Shown one piece after another: positions 35,596 through 50,300 of a DNA stretch of 64,000 nt. Origin of the DNA: Selaginella moellendorffii (lineage: Eukaryota; Plantae; Lycopodiophyta). Under the pieces are notes generated by a model. That model was not told where the DNA came from and made no database searches. It worked only from the letters and a program-made list of their open reading frames with translations. The stretch's first letter is position 1. Every line of letters begins with the position of its first letter. Both the position numbers and the translations under genes were made by a program. The DNA is taken from the NCBI RefSeq assembly GCF_000143415.4, contig NW_003314304.1, positions 440,169 to 504,168 on the forward strand. Reading direction: 5' to 3'.

Positions 35596-37209
35596 ATGGT
35601 TGCCAAGAACATCTTTCGCCGGGATGATCACTTGGAATCATACGCTTGTCTCGTCAGGTGCTGTGGCAACGCGAAAGATCTGAGCGATGCTCGCAAGATC
35701 CACGCTTTGATCGAAGGAACCCATTACAAGAACAACATCTACATTGCGAATCTCCTCGTCCAAATGTATGGCAAATGCGGGAGCTCTGGCGACGCACGCA
35801 GCGTGTTTTGATTCCCTTCGCACCCCCAACTCCTTTTCATGGACAATCCTGCTCCAAGCCCACATTCACAACCAGCAGCTCCACGAGGCCAAGCGCGTTC
35901 TCGATTCCATGCCCGGGAAGAATGTAGTGACTTGGAATGCGCTTCTTTCGGCAAATGCCAACAGCGGGCAAGTTTATGAAGCGAGGCTTGTTTTCGATCG
36001 AATTCCAGAGTGGGACGTTTTTTGCATGAATGCTATTGTCACTGGGTTTGCGAAACCTGGAGAGACTCTGTGTCGTGGAATGTGATTATTTCGGCATATG
36101 CTCAAGCTGGAGATTTTCTTGAAGCAAAGAAGCTGTTTGATAGAATGGAACGAGATCATGATTCTCACAAAAGACTGAGCAATCCAGTCCTATGGAACTC
36201 TATGATCGTTGCGGATGCCCAGTGCGGAGATCTTGATGGAGCACGAAAGTTCTTTGCGAGGATGACGCAGAGAGATTGCGTGTCGTGGGCAACACTTATC
36301 AACTCCTTTGCGCAGCATGGCTGCACTAATTTAGCAAGATACGCATATGAGAGAATGCCACAGCACGATGTTATAGCGTGGACTGGAATGCTCCGAGCAA
36401 ACTCCCAGTGCGGTGAAATCGATCAAGTACACAATCTCTTTGATTCAATGCCTTAAAGAAACCTAGTGTCGTGGACAGTTTTCCTAGCAACACTTTGCAA
36501 TCAAGATAATCTTGCAAAAGCTAGAAGAGTGTTTGATCTGATGCCCCAGAGAGACAGCGTTCCTTGGAATGTTATGATCACTGCATATGCCCAACGAGGG
36601 CATGTAAACGAAGCAAAGTGCTTTTTTGACAGTGTAGAAGTTCCAAACGTTATCACGTGGAATTGCATGATCGGAGCGTATGGGCAAAATGGACACTTAG
36701 ACGATGCTTGGGCATTGTTTAGACGCTGTTTACAGCCAAACATAGTGACCTGGAACGTTCTTATCGTGTTGTTTGCCCAGAATCTACATTGTACTGAGTC
36801 CATTCATCTCTTTGAAGTTTTGAATCTGGAAGGGTTCAAGCCAGACGAGCTGAGTTTCATGGGCCTTTTGATCGCTTGCTGCCACCTTGGGCTGGTAATT
36901 GCTGCTAGAGATACCTTGGCTTCAATGGTTTTTGACTACGATATAAGCCCTGAGCGAGATCACTACTGCTGCTTGATCGGTGTTCTTGCAGGAGCTGGGC
37001 TCTTGGATGATGCCGAGGATCTCATCAACACAATGCCATTTGTTCCAGATGTTTCCAACTGGGGATGCTTCGTGAGTGCCTGTAAGATCCACTCTGCTGG
37101 AGTGGATAGGAGTGTTGGTGCTGCTTGCAATGCCATCGCGATGGATCCTAAAAACTCAGCACCATACGTGGATTTTGCGACAATTTTTACTGATGAGTGG
37201 TTAAACTAG
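35596..37209 (+). pseudogene. PPR copy 2
   Basis: 1-bp insertion near 35807, deletion of about 43 bp near 36058, CAA>TAA at 36454-36456 relative to copy 1. Confidence 0.92.
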
Positions 37210-40200
37210 CATTTTGGTATATTTAAATTTTTTGTGAAGCTTTATCTAACTCTCTCGAAAGTTGTTATACCAGAATATTTTACTGCTCCGGTCTGCTTCA
37301 AGGAATTATTTACCTGCTCCAAATACTTCAAAACCACTTCTTGTATAATTAACTAAATCATTAATCATTAATTAATTATGTTTAGGGCTTAAGGTTTATT
37401 CACAACATCAAGGTGGTCAAGAGCAGAAGAAATGTCCCCCCTCAGGCCTGCACAAATGCAGCTTGAATTGAAGCAATGCATACCTCCCATAAACAACAAT
37501 TGAATAGGTGTTATTTGATTGCCAGAATAAATTCTATATGATTTTTGCTATTGTGTATTCTAGTAGTAGAATTTCAAGTTGGGGAGGGAGCTGCAGCAAA
37601 TAGATATTGCTAGACAGTGAAGGCAAGATCCAGAACAACATTTTTGTATCGCCCCCTAGTGCAAACTAAACCAGTTAGGAAGCCATAGTGGTGGATAGTG
37701 TGGTAGTACCACTTGCTCTCTTCCAAGTCATAAACCATCTTTGTTGTGCAGCTGATTCATGCAGAAGTAGCATGCACCTGCGGAGATGAAGAACCTATCA
37801 CCACTCGGTTGTTGGACACCATGTCAGTACATTGAATGTGAATCAAGCTCTGATCCTAGTCCTCGTCCCAAACCAAGAATTTGATTACGTCATCTTTATA
37901 ATCCTATACAACCTGCCCTTGTACCAGTGGAAGCAAACCAACATCTGGAGTACTGTTGGAATTGGAATGGCTTTGCACAAATTGAGCCTTAGATTGCATT
38001 CTTTCTGCATCATATACGTCTTGCCAAGCTCTGAAATCTAGACAAGCTGGGGGTCATGGTCCTTGTTAGGAAGTGGTTGCCATGGATTTGTGAGGGAGGA
38101 GTAGACCTTTGCACTTGCGAACCACATAGAGAGCTTCAGCATCATAATCCATAATAAGTTTCATTGAGTGGGAGGATCCTTGAGCTAAAATAAGACGTGT
38201 TACACTCTGAGACAAGTGATCCATATGGCTTGTTCCCCGTTGCAAGAGCGGACCAGCACCAAATATATAATAAAGAAAAAATTAAGTTCATACTTTTAGT
38301 TACCACGAAAACCCATCTTTAGCTGTGTGGCACCTAGATACCTGTGTATGCACGACTTCCCAACCCACTTCACTTACATCCTCTATGGGAGACTGTTTTC
38401 ATGAGAACAACCCAAGAAGAAGCCCAACCAGAAAAAATTTCTCTTTTTCTTTGTTCACAGGCAATACAAACCTTGTGTAAACCGTTACCTTTTCCTTGAG
38501 ACCACCATGCTCAAGTTGTACAAGATCTTCCCATTGTCCTTCTATGAGAACCACCATATACTCTAGAACATCATATCCATGAGTTGCAGGGCCATGCGAA
38601 GGATATTTCTTTGCTCATCACCTGGTGAATAACAACAGCAGTAATTTATGTACCTCTTGTAGAATTTCTGCTATTTTGAATTATAACTTACTTTATAAAC
38701 TACTGCAGAAAAGCTGATACAGATGCACTTCTTTTGCAAATAGTCTTTAGGGCTGATCCTTTAAAAACGATGTGAGATCCTTTTAGACTTTTGAAAGAAA
38801 CTTGAAACTTTAGCTTTATAACCATCATGTGAGTTATTAAGGTGTGAAGAGTGAAACTACTTAAATATAGTCATTTTTAGACTGCTTTCAATGTGTATAA
38901 TGATTTTTTTTTTCTTAGGCTTCAAACGAAAAGAAATACTCAAAGCTCTCAAGGCAACATATTAATGAGCATTTAGCTGACAATATTGGATACAAATTAA
39001 AAGAAGAGCATAATTATTTCATTGGTTATATAATTGACTCTTTACTATTGTCAGTTAAACAAAAATTACTTTTAGGATTGTGGTAGTAATGAAAGTATAT
39101 TTCTCTAAAAAACTAATTTTGAGATTTGTATTTATCAGTTATGATAAAAATGAAAGAAAAATAAGAAAAAAACATAGTTATTGAATTGAATTTTGATCCT
39201 GAAAATTATTGTATTTAATATTTTAATTAAAACGAAGAAAATAATGTTTAGTCACAAAACTCAAGTTTTATTTTACATTTGAATACTTTAAGGAGCCCAT
39301 ATAAATGAATTTCATCATAGTTTTATTTTAGAAATTTGATATATAGTAACCTTGAAAATTGCAATAATTCACATATTCTCAAGGTCATTAGTGTATATGT
39401 AAAATTTATAACTCTAACGAATTATTAAATTTATTTCTCTAAAAAAGTTAAAACATTTAATTAAAGTTTTAAGGTAATATTATTATATATTTTAAAAATA
39501 TAGAAAATAACATTAAATATAATTTTTAAATAGCATAATAAAATTATATAAGTATAATATATATAATCCATATAAGCTAGATTTATATATAAGCTCTTTA
39601 AAATATCAATAGCAAAAACTTAATAAAGAAAAAACATTTTATATAAATAAATTTTATAATGTTTTATAAATGACTAAAAATTGCCGATGCAACTAGTTTA
39701 AACAACTAAAAACCTTTAGAAGTATAATGATAATCAAAAAGTGGTTAATACACTAAATTAGAGCATTGAATTAATCAAAACACTATATCATAACATCGTA
39801 ATATACTTGAAGTATATTAGCAACAGCAGATTGTAGCAAATTCTAGATAAAGATATTTCCCACTTTTAATTCCTTAGTAAATTAAAGTTTTAAAGAAAAT
39901 TTTAAAAAAATACATATATAAGCATGTATTTATATTTAAGAAAAAATAATAAAATAATTTAAATGCTTTTCTAGATAAGATATTTAATTTTCTTTATTTT
40001 ATATAGGTGGTAGTGGATAAACCTAGAATATGCTTGGATATTCTGGGATATTTTACCATCTGACCGTCATTATTTATTTAGATTAATCTTTTACTTATAA
40101 ACATATTTATAATTTATAAATACTTCCTAGTATATTCTACTTTATTATACCATTGAAAGTTGTAATAAAATTAGATTTAAATGTAATATTAAGTGTAAGT

Positions 40201-40553
40201 AACTATTTTAATTAACTATTTTAATAGTGTTTAAAGTTATAAATAAGGTAATTATTGATATTGATCTTCCATTAAAAATTAATAAACAAACTAAAGAGTC
40301 CAAGCATGTTGCTTGTATGTAAATCTGGCATAACTATAGTAATCAAAAGGCATAAGTGTCCTTCATTGATCTTCCTAAATCTGCAGAGCAACTTGTACCT
40401 AAATAGCTTAAGGTGCACAAAGCTTTCATTCAGTTTTGGTTTGAAAGTTTTAGAGTTTTTGTAACTTTTCTACAACTAATACAAGCTCCAAATAAGAAAC
40501 TTTTACTTAAGGATTCTTTACACCCGGATCTAGTGTGCATTATGGAAAGCCAT

Positions 40554-42101
40554 TGTGAGACACAAAATCCCTAGGCCCCAAAGTGGAGCCGAAAGGGTGC
40601 CACGTGGTAGTGGCCGAAAGCCAAACGAACATAACATGTTTGGACTGAAAGTTCCGACTCGAAAGGTCGAGAGCAGGAGTGGAACTCCCAACAAAATGCT
40701 CAAGGAGCAAGCACGAAGTGAGCAATAAGCAAGGCTCCAAAAAGGGACCCAAAAGGACCAACACATGACACGTGGAAGTGTCTGAGATGGAGTCCAAGAT
40801 GGAGTCCGAAATGGACCGAGACGGAGTCCGAGATGGAGTCCGAGAGGGATCTAAGATGGAGTCCGAGATGGACCCGAGATGGAGTCTAAGATAGACCCAA
40901 GATGGAGTCCGAGATGGAATCCGAGATAGACCAAGATGGAGTCTGAGATGGACTCGAGATGGAATCTGAGATGGAGTCCGAGAAAGACCCGAGATGGAGT
41001 CTAAGGTTGAGACCGAGACCAGGACTGAGACTGGGACCGAGACCGAGATCAAGACCGAGACTGAGACCGAGCCCGAGCCCGAGTCTGAGTCCGAGTCCGA
41101 GTCTAAGAGGGTGAAAGCCCAAAGCGTTCGTCTCCCAAACCCTAGGGGGTTTGGTGAGCTCCAAAAGTATAGTAAGGGGGAGGATTACAGTGGAGCCAAT
41201 TTGGCCAAGAAAGGCCAGTTTGGCCCAGGAAGGCTGTACCCAGTGTTGGGTGATGAGCTGCCCACTGGAAAGTCCAAGACTAAAGTGAACATGGACCGAT
41301 AAGTGGGGTAGCTTGGTGAAGTGTTCAAGAGCTAGCTTTAGTTCCCCTGGGAGATCGATTGGCCGATGCTTCCAGTCCAAGTGTGGGTGGCACTACCTAC
41401 TTGGATACCTGGCGTGACTCAACGGAATCTCGCTCTAAACCCATGGCTAGAGCACCTAAAGGCGGAAGGCAGGGAGAGTACCCATAAGGCTTGCGTAAGG
41501 CCGTGGTGTTTTGAAATGTTGCCCCAAAGTCCCAGATTGTGAAAAGGAGGAGGAGCCATCCTCTAGTGTAGAGACCAAAGATACGGTCATGTGAGAAGGT
41601 AATCCCAGAGGACCAAGGGACTTAGTGGTTGGGCTTGTGGGCCTTGATCCAGTGGTAGTGTTGGTGAACATGGCCATGGACAAAAAGGGACTTAGTGGGG
41701 ATTGAAAAATGGATATTGAGGAAGGCTAATCCCCATGTATGTGCGCATCCTAAAGATGCTAAGGAGTGGATTGGGGATGATCACTCATAGATGGATGGTC
41801 CAGTCTTTGAGAGATGGGACTGTGATGTAAGTGGTGTTAGACCACCAGTGTGACCAAGGTGAAGGGGCATGGCCTTAGCGTAACAAGCTGATATGTCAAT
41901 GGTACCTTAGGGTGTCGGTCATAGGATTAAACACGTGGAGCATTTGGACCAAGTGCAAAGGTTGAGTGGCAGGGATGCCATTCTCAAAACTAGCAAGCCC
42001 AAGTCCAAAATAGGACTTATAGAGGTTGTGAGTGAGACTCCTCCAAATGGTCGAGGTGTGGTTAATTGACTAAAGTAAAATGGAAAAATTAGTCACTTAC
42101 A
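40554..42101. mobile_element. Solo LTR (1548 bp) inserted only in unit 2
   Basis: TGTGAG...CTTACA termini; 5-bp TSD GCCAT/ACCAT (40549-40553, 42102-42106). The empty site GGAAAGCCATCAATTTACTC is present in units 1 and 3. Confidence 0.85.
40780..41105. repeat. Minisatellite inside the solo LTR (GAGATGGAGTCC 12-mers grading into GAGACC/GAGTCC 6-mers)
   Basis: Periodicity is directly visible. Confidence 0.9.
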
Positions 42102-42818
42102 ACCATTAATTTACTCTAGAACTTCCTTCACATTTGTGCTGCTTAAATCCAAGCATCCGAGTTGGAGCCATCATGTTGGCTCTTGGTACCAAAGACTATT
42201 CAATACTAGCTCTGGGGAGTTATGGATATTGGCACGCTTAAGTAAGCTTACTTCCATGTTAAAATCTCAATGTTTCATCTACACAAACCTCTAGGCCCGC
42301 ATTCAAGAGCATAACGAGTGGACAAAGGAAGAATCAAGTAGCAAATTAGTGACGGCTCCATCATAGTCAAAAACCATTGAAGCAAAGGATTCTTTGCCCA
42401 AGGTGACTAACTTAATATATAAGATCAGGCGTTGGCATAGAGTCCTCGTCTCCTCCTCCTCCTGCATCACCACACTCATTGAGTTACAGATCAACCCCAA
42501 GCACAAGCCATCGAATAGTGCTACAATTTGACAGGAAATTCTCAAGCACGGTGTTGTACCGTGGACTAGAAATGCTCAGAGCAAACCCCAGTGCAGTGAA
42601 TTTCATCAATCGAAAGCTCTTTTATTCAACACCTCGATAAGATTCACTTTGAGACCAGGTGGAGTTAAACGAATGTTTTGTAGAAAGTTTGGGTACTGCA
42701 TTATTATGCCGAAAGAGGGCAACTTGGAAATGAAAGGGATTGAAGCTTGACGCATTGTTTTGCCGCCAAATGTTGTGACCTGGAACATTCTTATCATGTC
42801 GTCTGCCATCTCTTGAAC

Positions 42819-45618
42819 TCAGTTCAAGCCAAGAATAAAAACACTTCTGACCGAGTGCTTCTCACTCTTCCATGTCAGTGTTCCATAGCCCCATTCGAAC
42901 TTGGATGAATCAACTGTGAATTGGATCTGGAAACTTAGAACCTGGAACACGGATTTAAACCTGAGCTGTGGAGGAAACACCGCGACAGTCACTCCCGCCG
43001 GAGCTTCTACTGAAATGTTGTAGACCGACTTGCCAGCTCCAACGTTGGTAACTTTCCTGTTCACCACCGCTTTGGTGGAATTTGGCCCGCCAAACTGAGC
43101 GATGGGAACCACGATGGATGGATAGTTCAAGTCCAAGTAGGAGTCCAGGGGTGCACAAGATAAGTTCTTTCCAGTCATGAGCTCCAGCTGATCCCTTGTG
43201 TAGTTCATCGTGCATAGAAACTTCGTGTATTCATCCGGAGATATGTCGTAGACCAGGCCAGGACTAAGAGCTGCGACTGGATCAATCTGTCCGGCTCCCA
43301 TCACAAATGGTGAAGCTTCTTCCCCATCGTAGTCTTTGATTGGGCTCTTTGTGTTGTCCAGGAAGCGTGCTACAAACACCAAACAAACGATCAAAGAGGG
43401 AAGACTAGTGTTTTTGTTCTCTTCGGTACCTGTTGTCATGAGAGCCGACTTGATGGCTGCTGGACTCCAACTCGGGTGCCTGGATTTGACAAAGGCCGCG
43501 GCAGCACTGGCGTGAGGACACGCCATGGAAGTTCCAGAGATTATGTTGAAGTCGGTGTACATTGGCTTGCCATAATCGTTGATGGGCTGCTCAGGACTCC
43601 ATGCAGCCAGTATGTCCGCACCAGGAGCAACGAGATCGGGCTGTAAAGATAGAGTCCCAGTTTATATTAGTAAGACTCTCCTCCAGATACCTTAAGAATG
43701 CCATCGTTGGTAATATCAGGTCCCCTCGATGAGAAATCCGCAATGATTGGGGCTGGAGTGGTTTGTATGATCGTATGTGCTGGAGAGATGGTCGCTGTAG
43801 TATTCCTTGAGAAAAGTTTAAAAACCGTCAAGAAGTCTCAAACCAAAAATGCATGAAAGCTTGTGTACCTCGAGTTCTTCAGGTAGGCATTAATCTCGTC
43901 CAAGGCGCTCCCAGTGACAGCAGCTCCAGCAAGATCAAGGAAGGACACTGCCTCTGTCGTATTTTCAATCCCCAAAATTACTCCAGAGGCACCAAGTTCT
44001 TTAAGATGTCGCTGGATGGCCGAGGATGATGCAACGCCCGGACTGTATTTGCACAAGACAATCTTTCCCTTGACCTTCTTCCCATCCAAAAAGCGTCCTG
44101 CACATAGGCTTAATGCCAAGTATGTTTTAGTGATAAGCTTTCATTCAGCTGAAACAGTGTTAGTTTTATCACCTGGCCTGTCCTATTCGATCAGATCTAG
44201 AAGAAGCATCACCACCCAAAATAAGCGTTGATATATCAGCCCGCCTGGGATTCATTGCTATTCCCTGTTATATATACATGAGAAAGGAAAAATTCACGAA
44301 AAACAATCAAGTACCTGAACGGTTTTAGAGTTTCCAAGTTTGATGTCGACCGAGAACTTCCTGTCGATAGTGCTTGCTCCCACTGTCAAAATCCATGGAG
44401 CCGAGTTCTCGATGGTTTGGAAGCCTGGACCTCCATTTCCAGCAGAACATGATACAAAAATTCCCTTCTGCATTGCATGGAAAGCACCAATGGATATGGA
44501 ATCCCCGTCATATCCGGTGGGATCTCCACCCAGCGATAACGAGAGAATATCTACACCGTCGTGAATTGCGTCGTCGAATGCTGCCAGAATGTTGTCACTC
44601 TCACATTCAGGCGTGCAAACCCTGTAGATCGCAAGCCTTGCGGATGGATGGCCCCCTCGAGCAACTCCTTTTCCAAGAGTTGTTAAAAAAGTGGCGTCTT
44701 TTACCAGGCTTCCAGCGATGGTGGAGGCCGTGTGAGTTCCATGCCCCTCTTCGTCCCGAGCGTTTTGATAAAGGCTCCCCACCTCCGAGTGTCCATAAGA
44801 TCGAGCTCCTATAATTTTCCTGAAACAAATCACAATGCTTGAGAGATGAACCCAAGAGTGATCTTACTTGTTGCAGCGGATCGTGTGTGAATGATTGGTG
44901 ATTTTGGAATTGTCACATACTCCTTTCCATCTCTTTGGCACCGGTCCCATCCCAGCGTCGTCGAAGCTCTTGGACTCCGGCCAAACACCTGGAAGTGGAT
45001 AATTAACTCGGAAGTAAGCTTTTTCCATGATTACCAGTATCAAGGACTCCCACAATGACATCCGATCCAGAGCTAGAGTTGAGTTGAATGTGCGGACCAC
45101 CAGAAAAGCTGTCGAGAAAATCCCAAGAGCGTGTTGTGTGGAGACTGAGTTTTTTGGAACGGAAAACCTTAACCACGCCAGGAAGCTCTGATAAACCACA
45201 CGTCAAAACTCGTGACGAAAGCTTCAAAGAGAGGCATACTTGCAATGGAGTCGGCTTCGGCTTCAGTCAAGAAGGCGGAGAAGCCATTGAAACCGTGCTT
45301 GTAGCTGTGAACCAGCGACGATTCCTTGCTAAACATCAAACACAGTGAGGAGAAAAGAAAAATTGTTGCAAGAGGATTGTTTCGTACCTCCCCTTGACAG
45401 AGGCAAGAATTTGGTGATGAGACGATGTCACAGCCTCCGGTTTAGAGCTCCCAGTGTGCCCCAAGTAGACAATATATTTGCTAACAGGCTGCCAAAAACA
45501 CCCAGCTTCTTAGAAATCTATCAAGCCGGAAAAAGGAAAAGATCACCTCGTTGGTTGCGGCAGCAGCAAGAACAGCAAGAGCAGCAAGAGAGAAAAAGAC
45601 TCGTTCCATCCCAAGCAT
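42819..45618 (-). CDS. Subtilisin-like serine protease, copy 2
   Basis: Same exon structure as copy 1; triad LDTG / HGTHTAS / GTSMACPH intact. Confidence 0.92.
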
Positions 45619-46523
45619 CGCTCCAGGGAAATCTTCTCCCCATGCGGCTCCATTTTAAAGGCTAGAGCGCGGGCGGAGGCTCCAACCACGGGCAAAGGCC
45701 ACTCCGCCGAAAAACACAGCCGATCAATAAGCCTCGTCCATTTCTATCGAATCTCGCATCATATCACCAAAATCCAAAGAAAGAACCTCGCACGCATCAT
45801 TCCCGCCAAATGGAGGCAACTTAAACCAGTAAACCCGAGCTAGGGCTTTGTTTTTAAAACAAAGACTAGAGTTACAAAGAGTGTTAGATCACTCGCTCTC
45901 TCTCTCGTGTCTAGGCAGAACAGGTATTACCTTCTTATAATGCAAAGTTTTTTTATGAGCAGCTTGATTAGGATGTACCCACTGTCCATAAGAAGAATTA
46001 GCAGCTGCGGTTCCACCACCACCACCACCACCACCACCGCCACTACTAGCAGCCGGCGGTGGCGGAGGCCCTGGCGGTAGAGGTGGCCGCAAGACTGGAA
46101 ATCCTCCGCCTGGATTCGACGAGCTATCCTCGACGATGGCTTACAAGAGCAAGGATTAAGCTTCTTTGCGAGTGGAAGCCGAGTCTACTGGAATCCCTCT
46201 AGCAGTGAAAGCGGATCTTGTTACTACAACGATTGATCCACGAAAATCCAGCAAAGAGAAAAGGTCGAGAACTTACACGATGGCAAATGGTGGAGAGAAA
46301 TCCCAGTGGAAGCCAACGCCTCCTGTGTGCTGCATGAAAGCTGCCATGTATCGTCATACGCGTCGATCGAGGAGACTGGACCCTTGAATCCTTTGGTTCA
46401 CCCAGCGATGCCCACATTCCATCCCATCCACTGTCATCCTCGATCAGGGCTGGATCCTGCAAGCCCTGGCGCGGTGGTGCGCCAGAGATCCCCGAGACAT
46501 TGATAGCATAGCTTAAACCCTGG

Positions 46524-47307
46524 ATGGAAGCTTTACATGGTTGCCAAGAACACTTTCGCCGGGATGATCACTTGGAATCATACGCTTGTCTCGTCAGGTG
46601 CTGTGGCAACGCGAAAGATCTGAGCGATGCTCGCAAGATCCACGCTTTGATCGAAGGAACCCATTACAAGAACAACATCTACATTGCGAATCTCCTCGTC
46701 ACTGCATATGCCCAACGAGGGCATGTAAACGAAGCAAAGTGCTTTTTTGACAGTGTAGAAGTTCCAAACGTTATCACGTGGAATTGCATGATCGGAGCGT
46801 ATGGGCAAAATGGACACTTAGACGATGCTTGGGCATTGTTTAGACGCTGTTTACAGCCAAACATAATGACCTGGAACGTTCTTATCGTGTCGTTTGCCCA
46901 GAATCTACATTGTGCTGAGTCCATTCATCTCTTTGACGTTTTGAATCTGGAAGGATTCAAGCCAGACGAGCTGAGTTTCATGGGCCTTTTGATTGCTTGC
47001 TGCCACCTTGGGCTGGTAATTGCTGCTAGAGATACCTTGGCTTCAATGGTTTTTGACTACGATATAAGCCCTGAGCGAGATCACTACTGCTGCTTGATCG
47101 GTGTTCTTGCGGGAGCTGGGCTCTTGGATCTCATCAACACAATGCCATTTCTTCCAGATGTTTCCAACTGGGGATGCTTCGTGAGTGCCTGTAAGATCCA
47201 CTCTGTTGGAGTGGATAGGAGTGTTGGTGCTGCTTGCAATGCCATCGCGATGGATCCTAAAAACTCAGCACCATACGACAATTTTTACTGATGAGTGGTT
47301 AAACTAG
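46524..47307 (+). pseudogene. PPR copy 3, internally deleted; retains a 255-aa ORF from an upstream ATG
   Basis: 1-bp deletion just after the ancestral ATG (46537), in-frame deletion of about 0.86 kb at ~46700, 9-bp deletion near 47128, frameshifting deletion near 47277. Confidence 0.88.
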
Positions 47308-50300
47308 CATTTTGGTATATTTAAATTTTTTGTGAAGCTTTTTTCAATCTAACTCTCTCGAAAGTTGTTATACCAGAATATTTTACTGCTCCTGTAGTGT
47401 TGGAGCTCTGTTTCAAGGAATTCTTTACCTGCTCCAAATACTGTAAAACCACTTCTAAAACGAGCTCTTTTATAGTTAATTAAATCATTAATAATTAATT
47501 AATTATGTTTAGGGTTTAAGGTCTATTCAAGAGCACAACATGGAGAAGAAATGAAGTGTTATATATGATTTTGAAATTGTGTATTCTAATAGTAGAATTT
47601 CAAGTCTGCAGCAAATGGATATTGCTAGTCCACACAACAGTGAAGGCAAGATCCAGAACAACATTGTTGTATCGCCCCCTAGTGCAAACTAAACCAGTTA
47701 GGAAGCGATAGTGGTGGATAGTGTGGTAGTACCAGTTGCTGTCTTCTAAGTCATAAACCATCTTCGTTGTGCAGATGATTCATGCAGAAGTAGCATGCAC
47801 CTGCGGAGATGAAGAACCTATCACCACTCGGCTGATGGACACCATGGCAGTACATTGAATGTGAATCAAGCTCCTACCACTCTGATCCTGGTCCTCGTCC
47901 CAAACCAAGAGTTTGATTATGTCATCTTTATAATCCTATACAACCTGCACTTGTACCAGTGGAAGCAAACCAACATCTGGAGTACTGTTGGAATTGGAAT
48001 GACTTTGCACAAATTAAGCCTTACATTGTATCTTTTCTGCATCATATACATCTTTCCAAGCTCTGAAATCCTGACAAGCTGGGGGTCATGGTCCTTGTTA
48101 GGAAGTGGTTGCCATGAATTTGTGAGGGAGAAGTAGACCTTGCGCTTGCAAACCACATAGAGACGTCGCAAGGACTCCAAGCAAGGACGTGATCCTCTTC
48201 ACCTCAAGTATATAATAAAGAAAAAATTAGGTTCATACTTTTAGTTACCACGAAAGCATGACAAACTGTGTGGCATGCTAAAGCAAGAGTTAAGACCCAA
48301 CTATTCTGGGCACTTAGATATGTGTATGCACGAACATCTCTATAGGAGACTGTTTTCAACTTGAAGGATGAGAACACCCCCTATACTGTGAACCAGAAGA
48401 AAATCTCTTTCTTTGTTCACAACCTTGTGACCTTTTCCTTGAGACCACCATGCTCGTCCCATTGTCCTATGACCACCACCATATACTCTAGATCATATCC
48501 ATGAGTTGCAAGGCCATGCGAAGGATATTTCTTTGCTCATCACCTGGTGAATAACAACAGCAGTAATTTCTGTACCTCTTGTAGAATTTCTGCTATGTTG
48601 AATTATAACTTACTACGGAAAAGCTGATATAGTTGGTACATAGCCTTTAGGGCTGATCCTTTACAATCAAATTGGTTAGACTTTTGAAAGCAAATTTATA
48701 ACCATCTTGTGTTATTTAAGGTTATAAGTCATTTTTAGACTGTGCTTTCAATGTGAGAGTCTAACACTTTTTTCTTAATTATTGAATATTTTTTTTAGGA
48801 TTCAAACGTACTAGATTACCTAAAAAAATACTCAAAGCTCTCAAAGCATAGGCAAACTTATTATTGAGCATTTAGCTGACAGCTATTTGATACAAAATTA
48901 AAAGAAGAGCATAATTATTTCATTGGTTATATGATTGACTTGGTTGTAAATTGATTTTTCTTTACTTTAAAGAAAAAGGACTTTTAGGATTGTGGTAGTA
49001 ATGAAAGTATATGCCTCTGAACAACTAATTTTGAGGATTTTATTTATTAGTTATGATAAAAGTCAGAGACTAATAAGGAAAAAAAAGCTTTTAGTTTCCT
49101 TACACATACACCACTTTAACTATTGAATTAACTTTTGATCCTGTTTAGTATATATTAGTATATATAGTACAGTTTCAGTATATAGTTTGCCCATATATAT
49201 ATATATATATATATATAAAATAGTACTGTTTAGTATATAATATTTAGTCTTTTAATTAAAAAGGTAGAAAAATATACTCTAACTTTATAATGTCTATATT
49301 TGATGGTCACATAACTCAATTTTATTTTGCATTTGAATACCTTAAAAAGCCCATATAAATGAATTTCATCATAGTTTTATTCTAGAACCTGATAGATATA
49401 GTAATCTTGAAAATTACAATAAATCACATATTCTTAAGGTCATTAGTGTATATGTAAAATTCATAACTCTAATGAATTATTAAATTTATTTCTATAATAA
49501 ATTTAAAATATTTAATTAAAATTTTAAGGTATTATTATTATATATTTTACAAAAATAAAAAAACCTAATATATATAATCTATATAAGCTGGAAAGTTAAA
49601 TGAGCTCTTTAAAATATCAATAGTAGGACCTTAATAAATAAAAATATTTTGTGTAAAATAACTTTTATAATTTTTAATAAATAGGTAAGAATTGCTGATG
49701 TAACCAGTTTAAACAGCTAAAAACCTCTAAACCAATGATGATAATCATAAAGTGGTTAGTGCACTAAGTTAAAGTATTGCAATTAATCAAAACACTAGGT
49801 CAGAGCATCATAATATGTTGAGATATACTAGAGGTAGTAAATTTTAGTAAATTTAAATAAAGAATATGTATTAATACTAAAAAAATACTTATATTTAAGA
49901 AAATAATAAAGTGATTAGAATGATATTTTAGAAAAAATATTTAATTTTTTTTATTTTATATGGGTGGTAGGATAAACCTAGAATATGGTTGGATATTCTG
50001 GGATATTTTACCATCTAACAGTTAATATTTATTTAAATTAATCTTTTACTTATAAACATATTTATAATTTATAAACACTTCCTAGTATATTCTACTTTAT
50101 TCTACCATTGAAAGTTGTAATAAAATTAGAATTAAATTTATGTAAGTAACTATCTTAATTAATAGTGTTTAAATTTATAAATAAGGTAATTATTGATTAT
50201 ATTATCATTAAAAATAAATAAATAAACAAGCAAGTTGCTTGTATGTAAATCTACTTGTACCTGAATAGCTTAAGGTACACAAGCTTTCATTCATTTTTGG

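Noticed and set aside
40530-41380. ORFs with ET/SV/LG dipeptide runs
   Set aside because: Translations of the minisatellite in the solo LTR.
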